Virus record (IMG/VR): IMGVR_UViG_3300020048_000042
Coordinates: 32,001 to 96,000 of that record
DNA length: 64,000 bases
Reading direction: 5' to 3' (one strand)
DNA from: a virus
The first letter of the stretch is position 1. Every line of letters starts with the position of its first letter. Under the pieces are notes generated by a model that was given only the letters and a program-made list of their open reading frames with translations, had not been told where the DNA came from and did not search any database. Below are positions 31,440-41,579 of this stretch, piece by piece. The translations under genes and the position numbers were made by a program.

Positions 31440-31720
31440 CTATTTCTATTTTTGTGGCCAGTACAGTTTTAACAGTACTTGGATTCTTTCTCAGAACAGT
31501 CTATCTGGATGCACGAAAAGACATTGAACTCCTTATGGAAAATGATCACAAACGAACAGAAGAAATTGGCAAGCTTAAAGGAAAAATTGATCTTGTACAA
31601 GTTGAAAACCAATTAAAGTATCAAGCGATACAAGAGTTGACACAGCTAGAGATAAAAAATCTAGCTAAAAATGTTGCAGATTTGTCTACTGCAGTAAAAG
31701 AGTTAATAATGAACAGATAA
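31421..31720 (+). CDS. Holin/antiholin-like membrane protein (likely start MDTTFLT)
   Basis: N-terminal TM (FLTISIFVASTVLTVLGFFL) followed by a coiled coil; directly upstream of the endolysin. Confidence 0.5.
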   Translation: MDTTFLTISIFVASTVLTVLGFFLRTVYLDARKDIELLMENDHKRTEEIGKLKGKIDLVQVENQLKYQAIQELTQLEIKNLAKNVADLSTAVKELIMNR

Positions 31721-31724
31721 TTAT

Positions 31725-32411
31725 ATGAGCACACTTGACTTATCAAAAATCAAACAGGTTCCATTAAAAGAATCTCAGTACTTAAAAGAAGAAGTAAAGA
31801 AACTACAGATTGTGTTACATCACACTGCTGGTAATTCTTCTGCACCTGCAACAATTAAGATGTGGGACGCTGACGACAGAGGTCGTATAGCAACATGTAT
31901 TGTAATTTCTGGTAAGGGTCTTTCAAAAGGCACGTTTGATGGTGAAATTTGTCAAGCATTTTCATCTAAGCATTGGGCTTATCATTTAGGCCTTAAACAA
32001 GATGTCTTTAGATCACTTGGTGTTCCTTATCGCTCACTTGATCCATTGTGTGTTGCAATTGAAATCTGCAACTGGGGACCATTGACAAACAAGAATGGCA
32101 AATACTTTAACTATGTAAATAGAGAAGTACCTGTTGATCAAGTTTGTGAGTTGTCTGTTCCATACAAAGGTCACAAATACTATCACGCATATACAGATGC
32201 ACAAATTGAATCAGTACGTCAATTATTGATATACTGGAACAAAGTGCATGGCATTCCACTTGACTATAATGAAAAAGACATGTGGAATATTTCTGCAAAT
32301 GCTCTTAAAGCTGTGCCAGGAGTATACACTCATAATTCTTACAGAAAAGATAAGAGTGATATTTCTCCACAACCAAAAATGATTGCAATGTTAAAATCCC
32401 TAAAATCATAA
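31725..32411 (+). CDS. Endolysin, N-acetylmuramoyl-L-alanine amidase (Amidase_2 type)
   Basis: IVLHHTAG, AIEICNWG, YT.AQIES and THNSYRKDKSD Zn-amidase motifs. Confidence 0.88.
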   Translation: MSTLDLSKIKQVPLKESQYLKEEVKKLQIVLHHTAGNSSAPATIKMWDADDRGRIATCIVISGKGLSKGTFDGEICQAFSSKHWAYHLGLKQDVFRSLGVPYRSLDPLCVAIEICNWGPLTNKNGKYFNYVNREVPVDQVCELSVPYKGHKYYHAYTDAQIESVRQLLIYWNKVHGIPLDYNEKDMWNISANALKAVPGVYTHNSYRKDKSDISPQPKMIAMLKSLKS

Positions 32412-32413
32412 CC

Positions 32414-32599
32414 ATGAACAAATTACAAATCTTAGGTGTCGCAAGACACATTCTAACATTTCTAGGAGGTATTCTAGTTGTTAAAGGAGCTATTGATGAG
32501 TCAACAGTAAACGAAATTGTTGGTTCTTTAATCACACTAGCTGGTCTTATCTGGTCAGTTACTGATAAAAAACCAAAGAAAGATGGCAGCGAAGGGTAA
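32414..32599 (+). CDS. Small two-TM holin
   Basis: 61 aa; RHILTFLGGILVVKG and EIVGSLITLAGLIWSV helices, basic C-terminus, next to the amidase. Confidence 0.7.
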   Translation: MNKLQILGVARHILTFLGGILVVKGAIDESTVNEIVGSLITLAGLIWSVTDKKPKKDGSEG

Positions 32600-32726
32600 C
32601 TCTACAGCAGCCAAATTAGTGAAGAGACAAGAAGTATCTAGACCTGGAGTTCACGCTAAAACGAAAACATCCAGATCTAAAACTTCAAAAAATTATCGCA
32701 AGTGCTACAAAGGGCAAGGGCGATAA
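32583..32726 (+). CDS. Small very basic protein MAAKGNS...KNYRKCYKGQGR (47 aa; not in ORF track)
   Basis: Translated by hand; ATG overlaps the holin end; Lys/Arg-rich with no Asp and one Glu; KxYxGQGR terminus. Confidence 0.65.
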   Translation: MAAKGNSTAAKLVKRQEVSRPGVHAKTKTSRSKTSKNYRKCYKGQGR

Positions 32727-32778
32727 AAGATGCAACTATGCTTCGTGTTTAGTTGGTTTTTCTTCTTCTGTTCAAGAG

Positions 32779-32806
32779 TCCCTCACGAAAGTGGGGGATT
32801 TTTTAT
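32779..32806. terminator. GAAA-tetraloop hairpin terminator ending the lysis operon
   Basis: TCCCTCAC-GAAA-GTGGGG stem followed by a T-run, between convergent genes. Confidence 0.65.
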
Positions 32807-33510
32807 TTCAACCTATACACTTTACAAAACTTTGCAACTTCTTTAACAAGGTCATATAGTGAACCTTTATTACTGATTGTATAATCAAACTTGTAATCGT
32901 CAAGCGACGTCTCAGAAGCATGAGTACCTGTGTCCATACCTCTATCAATTCTAACTACAATACCACCAAGCTTTTTAATTGCGTCTGCCTCATTCTGAAA
33001 CCTGACATCTGTAATTAACCATTTGCTTGATGCAGGATCAAAGTCAGAAAAGAGAGCATTGACCCATACATTCTCATGCAAGTTATTACGCAGTCCTTCA
33101 GTGCCAAGCTTTTGAAGAAACTCTCTCACAGACATCAAGTTGTTAAACTTGACATCTGCAAAAGGTGGAATGGCATTTAAAGGATTGTCTCTGACAGTTC
33201 CCCACTCTTCTCCAAGAAGACTTTTTTTAAATTCTTGACTTTCAAAGTTGACTTTTGGAATTCCAGTAAGGATTTCTGCAATCTGCTTTAACTTGTCAGC
33301 GTACTTTTTGACTTCCCAGTGCTTATCGCGCATCTCAAATGTTGCCATTACACGTGAGTCACTAACTACTCGTGCAACTTGTTCTTCATTTAGGTGACTT
33401 ACTGCTTGCATTAATTGAATAATACCACCAACAGTGTCTTTGCCTGATCCAATCTTGCCAGAGATTCCAATGATCTGTGTTTTTAACAAGGTTTCTTTTC
33501 CTTTTCCCAT
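32803..33510 (-). CDS. Deoxynucleoside monophosphate kinase
   Basis: IIGISGKIGSGKDT P-loop, REFLQKLGTE and ITDVRFQNE motifs of T4 gp1-like kinases. Confidence 0.85.
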   Translation of the reverse strand: MGKGKETLLKTQIIGISGKIGSGKDTVGGIIQLMQAVSHLNEEQVARVVSDSRVMATFEMRDKHWEVKKYADKLKQIAEILTGIPKVNFESQEFKKSLLGEEWGTVRDNPLNAIPPFADVKFNNLMSVREFLQKLGTEGLRNNLHENVWVNALFSDFDPASSKWLITDVRFQNEADAIKKLGGIVVRIDRGMDTGTHASETSLDDYKFDYTISNKGSLYDLVKEVAKFCKVYRLK

Positions 33511-33701
33511 TCTTTTTTACGTTTTTCTAGTGTATCTAATCCAATAGAGATATTGTATCTCAGTTTTAGATAGCGTTGTAATAACTCTAACTTGTTGATG
33601 TTTGTTTTTCTTATCATAACTATACAATAAGAAGCTTTAATGATGTCAAAAATCATAACGTGAGGTTTAAAAAGGATTATCCACTTCATCTGCATATTCA
33701 A
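33483..33701 (-). CDS. Hypothetical protein (start may be downstream at MIFDII)
   Basis: 72-aa ORF bridging two genes. Confidence 0.4.
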   Translation of the reverse strand: MNMQMKWIILFKPHVMIFDIIKASYCIVMIRKTNINKLELLQRYLKLRYNISIGLDTLEKRKKEWEKEKKPC

Positions 33702-34452
33702 TTGCTTCTACAGCAATAACTTCATGTTCTAAATCAAGTATGTTTGAGAATACTTCATGCACTTTTGTCTGATGATCCATCCAATCAGATGGGTGTGCAT
33801 CTTTTAGTGACAATGTAATGTGATTATACAAAGCCCATGCAGAGTCTGTATCAACTTTATAGTCAAATGTAGGCTTGTCTAACTCTTTTCGTACAGTGTT
33901 CAACTGCATTGTGTTTAAGATGTCTTTCTTAAAGAACAACTCACCAATAATATCATGTTGTACTGTACTAGATAATAGGATTCCTTTCATTTCGTTTTTG
34001 TGTTCTACCAATGACTTCCAATATTCATCTGCGTCATTGATAAAGTCTGAGATTTTACCCTCAGCTAAGATGTCAGCAGCTCCTTTGTGAACTCTTTTGT
34101 AAGCTCCAAATTTGCTGTTATTAAGCATCATACCATTCATACAAACTTTTACTAAGCCTCCTAGATTAAATCTGAAGGCAAACTGTTTGTTGTATGAGTT
34201 GGTAAAGTTTGCTGCAAGTTCAATATCTGGATCTGACTTGTAGTTCATTCTCAATGTACCAAGAGCAACTTGGCCATCGTTTGAACATCTGTAGTCTTCA
34301 CCTGTGATAATAAACCCAGCATTTGTAATCTCACTTCTCACACGATTGATGACACTTGCATGTGATATTGGTGTATATGTTTCTGTTTTTTCTGGCAATG
34401 CTGTAGATAACATTTTACTATACGCGTTCATGCCATTTAATGTTCTTTTCAT
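33667..34452 (-). CDS. DUF932-like protein
   Basis: T.TYTPISH and NSYNKQFAFRFNLGGLVKVCMNGM (NS.D/N...C.NG signature). Confidence 0.65.
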   Translation of the reverse strand: MKRTLNGMNAYSKMLSTALPEKTETYTPISHASVINRVRSEITNAGFIITGEDYRCSNDGQVALGTLRMNYKSDPDIELAANFTNSYNKQFAFRFNLGGLVKVCMNGMMLNNSKFGAYKRVHKGAADILAEGKISDFINDADEYWKSLVEHKNEMKGILLSSTVQHDIIGELFFKKDILNTMQLNTVRKELDKPTFDYKVDTDSAWALYNHITLSLKDAHPSDWMDHQTKVHEVFSNILDLEHEVIAVEAIEYADEVDNPF

Positions 34453-36434
34453 AACTCTAATTTTAATTGTTGAAATGCATTTGAGGGTATTACTTCAGCT
34501 TTTGATTCTATCTTCTTGATCTCATCATAGATCTTATCAAGATAATATTTCTCATTGATCTCATATTCATCCCAAGGTTTCATTTCTACCTTGTTAAATA
34601 TGCTTTGAAGCATTGGACCACTCTCTAATTGTATCTGTCGTCCATCTGGATGACATTTAATCAACTTTGTTCCTTTTTTGGATACAAAGTACCTGACAAG
34701 TTTTTGAAGCTTTCTCTCAAAGAATTCTCCCTTGTCTACGCCACGCTCTACAAAATACCAATTACCTTTAATTTTGGCACCTGCGCAATAGTCAAAGATA
34801 TCCCTGTTACTTTTTAAGTAATCTGCAGGATCAATTCCATTAACAAAGTACTGATACCATGCTTTTGGAACTATCAAATTGGATTTGTTTTTATGTAGTG
34901 GAAGTTCATCATACTCAAAACGTCCTTTACATTTGGTCTTGCCATCTTTGTAAATAGCAATGTAATTATTTACATCACCAATTATCATCTTTTTATATTC
35001 AACTGATTCTAGTTGAAGCTGTGTCATCTCTTCCCATTCTTTACAAATTGCAAAGAACAGTTCTTCGTCTTTCTCATCTATATCAAATTCAAGACCGTCT
35101 GTATTTTGCATCAAAGGTTGTGCGTTAGGAATTCTTGTGGAAATCATCTCATACAACATTGATAATAACAATTGGCCATTGACTGTAATTCTGAACGTCA
35201 GCTCTGGATCATATAGAAAAGAGTATTTACTCTTACTTAGGCCATATGTTGAGTTCAGTACAATCTTAAATAGATAGTTTAATGGATCAGACTTTGGATA
35301 CTTTTTACGTTCTTCAAAGAACCATTCGTACAACTCACAAAAATCATGTTTGTTGATCTGTGCAGGAGACCACTTGTTTCTGATAGCAAGGTTTGGATAG
35401 TAACTTGTAACATCAACACTTAGTATTTTTCTTCCTGCAGCTGGTTCATAGATTCCAGGCTTTGCACAACCATGAATACCACCTAAAGCATAATCAGTCA
35501 CAACACCTTTGTGTACCATTCTATGCTTTGGCCCTTTCTTCTTAAGATCTTCTTCTGAACCATCCAGAATTACTGTATCTACAACTAAGTTTTTAAACCA
35601 GTTGTGTACAGCATTAAACTCAGGAGTTTCAAACTTAACGTAAGGTAATATGACATCACGTATTGTTACATTGCTGCGATAAGTTCGCAGTTCTTTAATG
35701 ACACGTTTGTCAATACCCAGTTTCTCAGAAAGAAAGTGAAGAAATATCTCCTTGGAAATCTTTGGTTCACTAGCTGAAAACAAATTGACATTGTAAGTTT
35801 CACTTAATTTTGCACGCAAATTGATCTGTGATGCCATTGTTTTATTACCTTTTGCGTCCTTCATGTTGAAGATTGCTTTGGTAGACCTGACATCATTAAT
35901 ACAATACTTTACAACTAAATCTAAAGTGTCTACATCATTTACTCTTTCATAGTGCGGATGTGGCATTTCTTCCACGTTATCCCAATTCATACTGAACTGA
36001 GTCCACTTTAAAGAGGTTCTTTTGGCATTACTGTCCCAGTGGTTGAGTTTATAAATGTCAACACAACGTATAGTCATCTTGAATTCTGGGTAATCCAGAA
36101 ACTCACCACGGTCAGATTTGCCAATAACATATTGTGCATACTCATAAATTCTCTCAGCTAGATACTCACCATCATGTGATGGATCAAGAAACTCTTTCTT
36201 GTTTGCAAGTATAAACTCAGTAATTTGAGCATCAAACGCAATGTTATTGTAACCTAAATGCCAATCTTTTGCTTCTTTGCTTTCAATGAGAAACTTTACA
36301 AATGCTTTAATATCATTCTTATGTTTTCCAACAACAAAGATTTTCAGTGCAGTACCATTATAAGATTCAAACACAGCCACAAAACAGTTGACAATGGTTT
36401 CGTAGTCCATTACCCAGAATTCGCGACTCCTCAT
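34449..36434 (-). CDS. polB: Family B DNA polymerase with 3'-5' exonuclease
   Basis: ExoI MDYET, ExoII YNNIAFD, motif A DVTSYYP, motif B KIVLNSTYG, motif C NTDG. Confidence 0.92.
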   Translation of the reverse strand: MRSREFWVMDYETIVNCFVAVFESYNGTALKIFVVGKHKNDIKAFVKFLIESKEAKDWHLGYNNIAFDAQITEFILANKKEFLDPSHDGEYLAERIYEYAQYVIGKSDRGEFLDYPEFKMTIRCVDIYKLNHWDSNAKRTSLKWTQFSMNWDNVEEMPHPHYERVNDVDTLDLVVKYCINDVRSTKAIFNMKDAKGNKTMASQINLRAKLSETYNVNLFSASEPKISKEIFLHFLSEKLGIDKRVIKELRTYRSNVTIRDVILPYVKFETPEFNAVHNWFKNLVVDTVILDGSEEDLKKKGPKHRMVHKGVVTDYALGGIHGCAKPGIYEPAAGRKILSVDVTSYYPNLAIRNKWSPAQINKHDFCELYEWFFEERKKYPKSDPLNYLFKIVLNSTYGLSKSKYSFLYDPELTFRITVNGQLLLSMLYEMISTRIPNAQPLMQNTDGLEFDIDEKDEELFFAICKEWEEMTQLQLESVEYKKMIIGDVNNYIAIYKDGKTKCKGRFEYDELPLHKNKSNLIVPKAWYQYFVNGIDPADYLKSNRDIFDYCAGAKIKGNWYFVERGVDKGEFFERKLQKLVRYFVSKKGTKLIKCHPDGRQIQLESGPMLQSIFNKVEMKPWDEYEINEKYYLDKIYDEIKKIESKAEVIPSNAFQQLKLEL

Positions 36435-36435
36435 T

Positions 36436-36852
36436 CTACTTCTTTTTTGCAGTTGCTACTGCTTTTTTACCTTCTTCAGTAATTCCTAACTCAAATGCTT
36501 CATGAAGCGTATTGCTAAATACTTGTGCAGTTTCATTAACAGCAAACAAGTTTACAAAAGCAACAATGTCATTGATGTCTTCAATGTAATACTCATAGTA
36601 TGAGTTCATGATAACACGTTGTTCTTGCCATCCTTGTTCTCCATTAGCACGCTTTGTAGGAATAATATCACCGCGATCATTAAGACGTGGCATCATCATT
36701 GGTTTTTCTTTGCTATCTTTTGATACAACAGCCAATACTTTTTGCTCTGGATCAAAGATTACTTCGTTAAAAGGACAATCAATTGTTGTTGGCAACATGC
36801 GAAATGTTTGTTTCTCATTCCACTTTGTTGCATAAATCATCATGTTTTTCAT
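36436..36852 (-). CDS. Hypothetical protein
   Basis: 138-aa ORF in the replication operon, 1-nt gap to polB. Confidence 0.5.
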   Translation of the reverse strand: MKNMMIYATKWNEKQTFRMLPTTIDCPFNEVIFDPEQKVLAVVSKDSKEKPMMMPRLNDRGDIIPTKRANGEQGWQEQRVIMNSYYEYYIEDINDIVAFVNLFAVNETAQVFSNTLHEAFELGITEEGKKAVATAKKK

Positions 36853-36873
36853 GTTATGTAAATTAAAAAGTTA

Positions 36874-37404
36874 CTAATTAAGTTTCAATGTTTCTTTTTC
36901 CACATTGAATTTGTCACAAAGTTCTCCAACTTCTTGGAGTGCTACAACTTCTACCTCAAGTATCTCAGCGTATTGCTTGAAGTACTTTTTAGGAAAGATG
37001 TAAGATTCAACATATACCCATTCAGCAGTATGAATACCATAATAATCTGAAAGGTGTCTTTTAGCATTTTTTGAAAACTGAGAATACTTTCCAGTTAAAA
37101 ATGTGTCATAGTCAAAAGCAACAGGGTTCATATCAAAGATATAAGCTATTCTATTGCCATCAAGTGGAACAATATAGTCCAACATTGAGTGTGTCATAAG
37201 TTTGTTTTTCTCAAAGTCTTCCCATTTGGAAGAGTCTTCTTTCTCATACACACATACAAGTTTTCTTTCAGAATTTGGAAATTCCTCTGGCCAATGCAAA
37301 TATACCTGCACTGGCCGTGGATCTTTTGTTCTTTTAAAACCTAACAGTGGATACAAAAAGGTGTAAGACTTTTGAAAGTAAGTTCTATACAGGTCTTTTA
37401 TCAT
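36874..37404 (-). CDS. Hypothetical protein
   Basis: 176-aa ORF with ATGA overlap with the upstream nuclease. Confidence 0.5.
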   Translation of the reverse strand: MIKDLYRTYFQKSYTFLYPLLGFKRTKDPRPVQVYLHWPEEFPNSERKLVCVYEKEDSSKWEDFEKNKLMTHSMLDYIVPLDGNRIAYIFDMNPVAFDYDTFLTGKYSQFSKNAKRHLSDYYGIHTAEWVYVESYIFPKKYFKQYAEILEVEVVALQEVGELCDKFNVEKETLKLN

Positions 37405-38477
37405 ATCTCTAATTCATTGTTGTTACTAATAAAACAATAAGGAAGCTCAAAATTTCTTTCATTGAAGTGGAAAGATGCTTCCTCAAGTAACTTGTCAGTT
37501 TTTTCTGTCCATTTAGACATTGTTTCATCACTAATCTTGATAGGCGCAATTTGCATGAAAGGGTCAGCCACAAGAAATCTAAATACAATAGAATAATCTT
37601 TGTATTTTTCTTGACTTGTGTAGACATGTTCAACAAGTTTCTTATACATTGCAGCTTGTATCCAGTAATTGAAATACTCAATACTGTCTGTGAACTGTGT
37701 AATTGTTTTACTTGTTTTCTTCAAGTCATTTACTCTGATTTCTTTTTTGGAATGGTCTATCACTAAGTTATCAATGATACCACGTAACCCAAATGGATAA
37801 GTGTCAGCAAACTTTACAAGAACAATCTCGTTGAATTTCTCAACAGGCGAGAATGAATCTGCAAAGAACCCCATTACATCCATCACTGTAGATGTTGAAG
37901 TTATTTTTTCTACAACTGCTTTACAAAAAGTGTAGGTATCGTCATCAATGACAGTGCGTCCTTCAGATTTTTTCATGTACTCCCAGTACTCGTCATGCTT
38001 TGAGTTAACCATCTTCTCAATTCTTTGTCCATCTGTTTTTAAGGACTGGTACAAGTTGATGTCTTTTAGTACATCAAGGATTGCTTCAGAAAAATCTTCA
38101 AGATTTTCTCTTTCGTCACCATGAGCCTTAAGCTCTTTGTAATGATTGAACACTGTGTGTAAAACAGAGCGTGGGTTATCGCTTGGCAAATCATTAACAC
38201 TAATCACAAAATTGTCATCAAATGTTTCTGGATTTAATAGCAAGCAGTGTATCAATGATCCTTCAATCATATTTTTGTCATAACTATCTTCTTTTTGTCC
38301 TAGAACATAGTGCTTGTAAAAAGCAGATGGACTAAACGTTAGTTTGTTCAATCCAGAATAAGACATTAAAAAGTCTTTGTCAAAAAATTCTTGCTCCTTC
38401 TGTAGTTTTTCAGAACGAGTAACATCAGCTACAAATTTTCCCATAATAATAGTTTTGTTTTTGTTATTCCATATCAC
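37401..38477 (-). CDS. PD-(D/E)XK exonuclease (RecB/Cas4-like fold); likely start 38444
   Basis: SYSGL, GSLIHCLL, LRGIIDNL, DLKKT and YWIQAAMY motifs. Confidence 0.8.
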   Translation of the reverse strand: MIWNNKNKTIIMGKFVADVTRSEKLQKEQEFFDKDFLMSYSGLNKLTFSPSAFYKHYVLGQKEDSYDKNMIEGSLIHCLLLNPETFDDNFVISVNDLPSDNPRSVLHTVFNHYKELKAHGDERENLEDFSEAILDVLKDINLYQSLKTDGQRIEKMVNSKHDEYWEYMKKSEGRTVIDDDTYTFCKAVVEKITSTSTVMDVMGFFADSFSPVEKFNEIVLVKFADTYPFGLRGIIDNLVIDHSKKEIRVNDLKKTSKTITQFTDSIEYFNYWIQAAMYKKLVEHVYTSQEKYKDYSIVFRFLVADPFMQIAPIKISDETMSKWTEKTDKLLEEASFHFNERNFELPYCFISNNNELEI

Positions 38478-38955
38478 TTGGATAGTACTTACCTAGAATG
38501 TTACCATTGTAACTGTTGGCTGTTAGTACATCATTCTTAATTTGATGTGCAATCTCACAATAGCCCAGGTATTTTTTAGAGTAACATACTTCCAAGATCC
38601 ATCTGTCATAATAGGATGGATCAGTCATTGCTATTTCCTCAAGCAATTCTTTACATGATCCATGGTATGACAACCAAGTTGATTCTTTTACAACGCGTTT
38701 AAACGTTTTTCTTGTCTTTGTCTCTGTTTTTTCTCTTACAGAAATCTTTGTTTTTCGCTCACTATAGAGACTTTTCTTTCCAATGTAGAATCTTCCAGTC
38801 TTTTTGTTTGTGATAACGTACACAAATCCAACTGCATCTTCATGATTTGGTAGATCTTGAATACAAGAGACTTCTTTTACTAACCCTGATGGGGTTGTTA
38901 ATTTCCAATTGTTCATAAAATTGAGGCTTTCTACAAATTTACAGTTTTTTGTCAA
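38464..38955 (-). CDS. GIY-YIG-family endonuclease
   Basis: GFVYVITNKKTGRFYIGKK and Y.GS...L motifs; conserved Glu helix; YNGNI tail. Confidence 0.7.
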   Translation of the reverse strand: MTKNCKFVESLNFMNNWKLTTPSGLVKEVSCIQDLPNHEDAVGFVYVITNKKTGRFYIGKKSLYSERKTKISVREKTETKTRKTFKRVVKESTWLSYHGSCKELLEEIAMTDPSYYDRWILEVCYSKKYLGYCEIAHQIKNDVLTANSYNGNILGKYYPSDME

Positions 38956-39940
38956 TGTATTTATCTATTGCAGCTTGTAATTTTGGATAAAAATCATGCA
39001 ATGCTACGTCCTTACCATGAACTTTAATGATATCGCTGATATCTTTTTCTCGTGGAAGGTAGATAAATGGTAGCCCATAAGTTTCTTGATAATACTTCAT
39101 AGAAGCAATGCCTGCAGTGTCGCTATCCATACAGACAACAACATGCTTATACTTCTTTTTGTACATTTCAATCTCTTCTTTTCTGAGCTTTGCACTTTCG
39201 CTTGATGGTGCAACACAGTCTATGGTCAAACCAAGACTTTTTATAGACATGATATCTTTTAAAGATGACGCAATTACTAGTGTTTTATGCTTTTGTAATT
39301 GATCAGAACCTTGTAGATATTTACCAAGTGTCAAGAACTTTTGTGTTTTACTTTTAGGATTATAAACCTTGTAAATAGAACCATCTGAATAGTATCCATA
39401 ACAAGATTGACTTTCATAATCATAACTCTTTATTACCTGACCTGTATCTAAGTCAACTTGCATTAACGTATAAGATGCTAATGGTAATACGTTATATGAC
39501 TGAAGAAGACTGCTTCCTATATTGTATTGTAACCAAAACTTAGCGTCACCATTTGTCCATGGTCTGACAACTTCGTTTTGTACAATCCACTTTAAACTTA
39601 CAGATTGTACTGTAACCTTTTGATACTCTCCATCTTTGCAGAAAGTATAATAGTCATTTACTATTTTAACACAAGCATCTTTAAAATTTAGTTTAAAAAG
39701 TGCTTGTACAAGTGCAACACCTCCTCCAAATCTTCCTGATGAGTGACATTTGAAAACATATTTATTTTCATACTTGTCAACATAGAGAAACATGGATGGT
39801 GTTTTGTCATTCTCATTGAATATACTATTGATTCTAACAAGTTGACCTGTAAGAGTTTCTGGTAGATTCAAGTAGTATTTAAAAAGCCATGTGTCTGGCA
39901 CAGCTTCTATTCCTTTTACGTATTGTCTACTTGAAAACAT
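38939..39940 (-). CDS. dnaG: DNA primase (TOPRIM)
   Basis: N-terminal FKCHSSG zinc-binding-like domain, SSLKD, TOPRIM DSD.AG and KDISD motifs; located in the replisome operon. Confidence 0.75.
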   Translation of the reverse strand: MFSSRQYVKGIEAVPDTWLFKYYLNLPETLTGQLVRINSIFNENDKTPSMFLYVDKYENKYVFKCHSSGRFGGGVALVQALFKLNFKDACVKIVNDYYTFCKDGEYQKVTVQSVSLKWIVQNEVVRPWTNGDAKFWLQYNIGSSLLQSYNVLPLASYTLMQVDLDTGQVIKSYDYESQSCYGYYSDGSIYKVYNPKSKTQKFLTLGKYLQGSDQLQKHKTLVIASSLKDIMSIKSLGLTIDCVAPSSESAKLRKEEIEMYKKKYKHVVVCMDSDTAGIASMKYYQETYGLPFIYLPREKDISDIIKVHGKDVALHDFYPKLQAAIDKYIDKKL

Positions 39941-39960
39941 AATACAAAACTATAAAAAAA

Positions 39961-39996
39961 AGAAAGGGTGAGTCAAATACCCACCCCATTCTTTTA
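39961..39996 (-). terminator. Possible terminator downstream of SSB
   Basis: GGGTGAGT-5nt-ACCCACCC imperfect stem flanked by A/T tracts. Confidence 0.45.
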
Positions 39997-40013
39997 TTCA
40001 ACACTCTAAATGA

Positions 40014-40790
40014 TTATCCAAATGGCAACTCTAGATCATCATTATTTTCTCCTGGTACAGGAAAATCGTCTGCCAGGCTATCTGTCATTGGTGCAGCTTT
40101 TGGCTCAAAGCTTTGAACTGGAACAGAGTCTTCTTTAGTCTCTGGAGTCTCTTCAACTTTTGCACGTACAATGTGTTCAGCCTCATTAAATTCAATAAAG
40201 TTTAATGGCTTTCTGTCATCATCTTCCATTGTTGAAAAAGGATAAAGGTTCTTACGAGGCTGTGCTTTTGGAAAGAACAATCTGTAATTTGGATTACTGT
40301 AACCCTCATTGAAATATTCTTTACCTGCAATAGTAAAGTAACCCCACAATTCTGGATCAATAAGATACTTGCGTACCTCTTGGATGTATTCCTCAATTGT
40401 GTCAGCTTCAACACCTTTCTCATTCATCTTTGCAAGAACACCCATTTGTTTTGCTACATTGTTAATCCAGTTGTACATTTGAGTATCTCTCTGAATTACT
40501 TTACCCTCATAGGTATATGTACTAAAAGGCCAGTCGCCAGATTTTACATTACCAATTTGACCTCTGTAGTTACCCAAACTTGGGTTGTTTTTATCAACAG
40601 CTAGACCTTCAAACTCATCACCTCTGTCAACACCTTCCACTTTCAATACAATGTGGTATGCCTCTTTATTGTAAGCAGGCATGTCAAGTGCTACATCAAT
40701 TACTCTACAGTAATGTGTACCTGGGTTGATGATTTTTGAAGTTCCATTTCCACTTCCACTTTTTTCTTTAAAATCGCTAGACTTAAACAT
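40014..40790 (-). CDS. Single-stranded DNA-binding protein (putative)
   Basis: OB-like N-terminus (PGTHYCRVIDV) and acidic tail ending DDLELPFG; lies between a recombinase-like ATPase and primase. Confidence 0.6.
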   Translation of the reverse strand: MFKSSDFKEKSGSGNGTSKIINPGTHYCRVIDVALDMPAYNKEAYHIVLKVEGVDRGDEFEGLAVDKNNPSLGNYRGQIGNVKSGDWPFSTYTYEGKVIQRDTQMYNWINNVAKQMGVLAKMNEKGVEADTIEEYIQEVRKYLIDPELWGYFTIAGKEYFNEGYSNPNYRLFFPKAQPRKNLYPFSTMEDDDRKPLNFIEFNEAEHIVRAKVEETPETKEDSVPVQSFEPKAAPMTDSLADDFPVPGENNDDLELPFG

Positions 40791-40808
40791 ACTTTTTGTT
40801 TTTTAAAA

Positions 40809-41579
40809 TTAATCAATATAAATTTTGTCCCAGTGTGTGATGATACTACCATCCTCTGCTGGCTCAGAGATAACAACTTCTTGATTTCTCAAGTGTTCTG
40901 GACGTGCCCCGCACGCAATTTCGTCAGTTGTCATAAAGCTCAAGATGTTCTTTTTACCTTTTCTGTAAATGTAACCAATAGCATCTGAGTTAGATGTTGT
41001 GATACGTTTCAGTTTACCTGTCAAATCCAAATCAAGCGAGTTAAACTCTGCTCCATTTTTCTCCAACAAAGTATCCTTGATGTGTCCAACAAAAATAACA
41101 TGAGGTGCTAATGTCTTTACGTAGTTAAGAACTTTCTCAAACGCTTGACGTAACCATGGATAACCTGCACCATTTGGCATATTTAAAATACTACCATACT
41201 GTGCTTTTCCTTCAGTGAACCACTTCTTACCCATTAAGCTTTTAGAATATAATTCTTCAGCATAAGGAACACAAAGAGACTCAAGTGCAGTAATTGTATC
41301 AAGTGCAATATACTTATAAGGCTTTCCTGCCTCAATAATCATATTACCAATTGTTACAATGTCAGCTACATTTCTAGCTTTAAGCTTTAATGCATCTACG
41401 TAGTCACTACCTTCTTCCAAGTCAATGATAAGACAATTATCTAACTGTGCAAGAAGAGTTGTTTTTCCAACTTTTGGTTTACTAAAAATAACCATGTTTT
41501 TTGGACTCTTAACTTCAGCTTTTACTTTTTTTGTAGGTAGTACAAACCCACCTTTTACTTCTGGTTTTTCTGCTGCCAT
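40809..41579 (-). CDS. AAA_24 / Sak4-like ATPase (single-strand annealing recombinase)
   Basis: SKPKVGKTT Walker A, IIDLEEGS, LDTIT, FVGH and DAIGY motifs. Confidence 0.8.
   Translation of the reverse strand: MAAEKPEVKGGFVLPTKKVKAEVKSPKNMVIFSKPKVGKTTLLAQLDNCLIIDLEEGSDYVDALKLKARNVADIVTIGNMIIEAGKPYKYIALDTITALESLCVPYAEELYSKSLMGKKWFTEGKAQYGSILNMPNGAGYPWLRQAFEKVLNYVKTLAPHVIFVGHIKDTLLEKNGAEFNSLDLDLTGKLKRITTSNSDAIGYIYRKGKKNILSFMTTDEIACGARPEHLRNQEVVISEPAEDGSIITHWDKIYID

Noticed and set aside
28852-36434. Inteins or self-splicing introns in nrdJ or polB
   Set aside because: Both ORFs are uninterrupted and of normal length, with no intein splice motifs or LAGLIDADG insert.
37401-38477. Cas4 / CRISPR adaptation gene
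   Set aside because: There is no Fe-S Cys cluster, array or other cas gene. The context is a replication/recombination operon, so a phage exonuclease is more likely.
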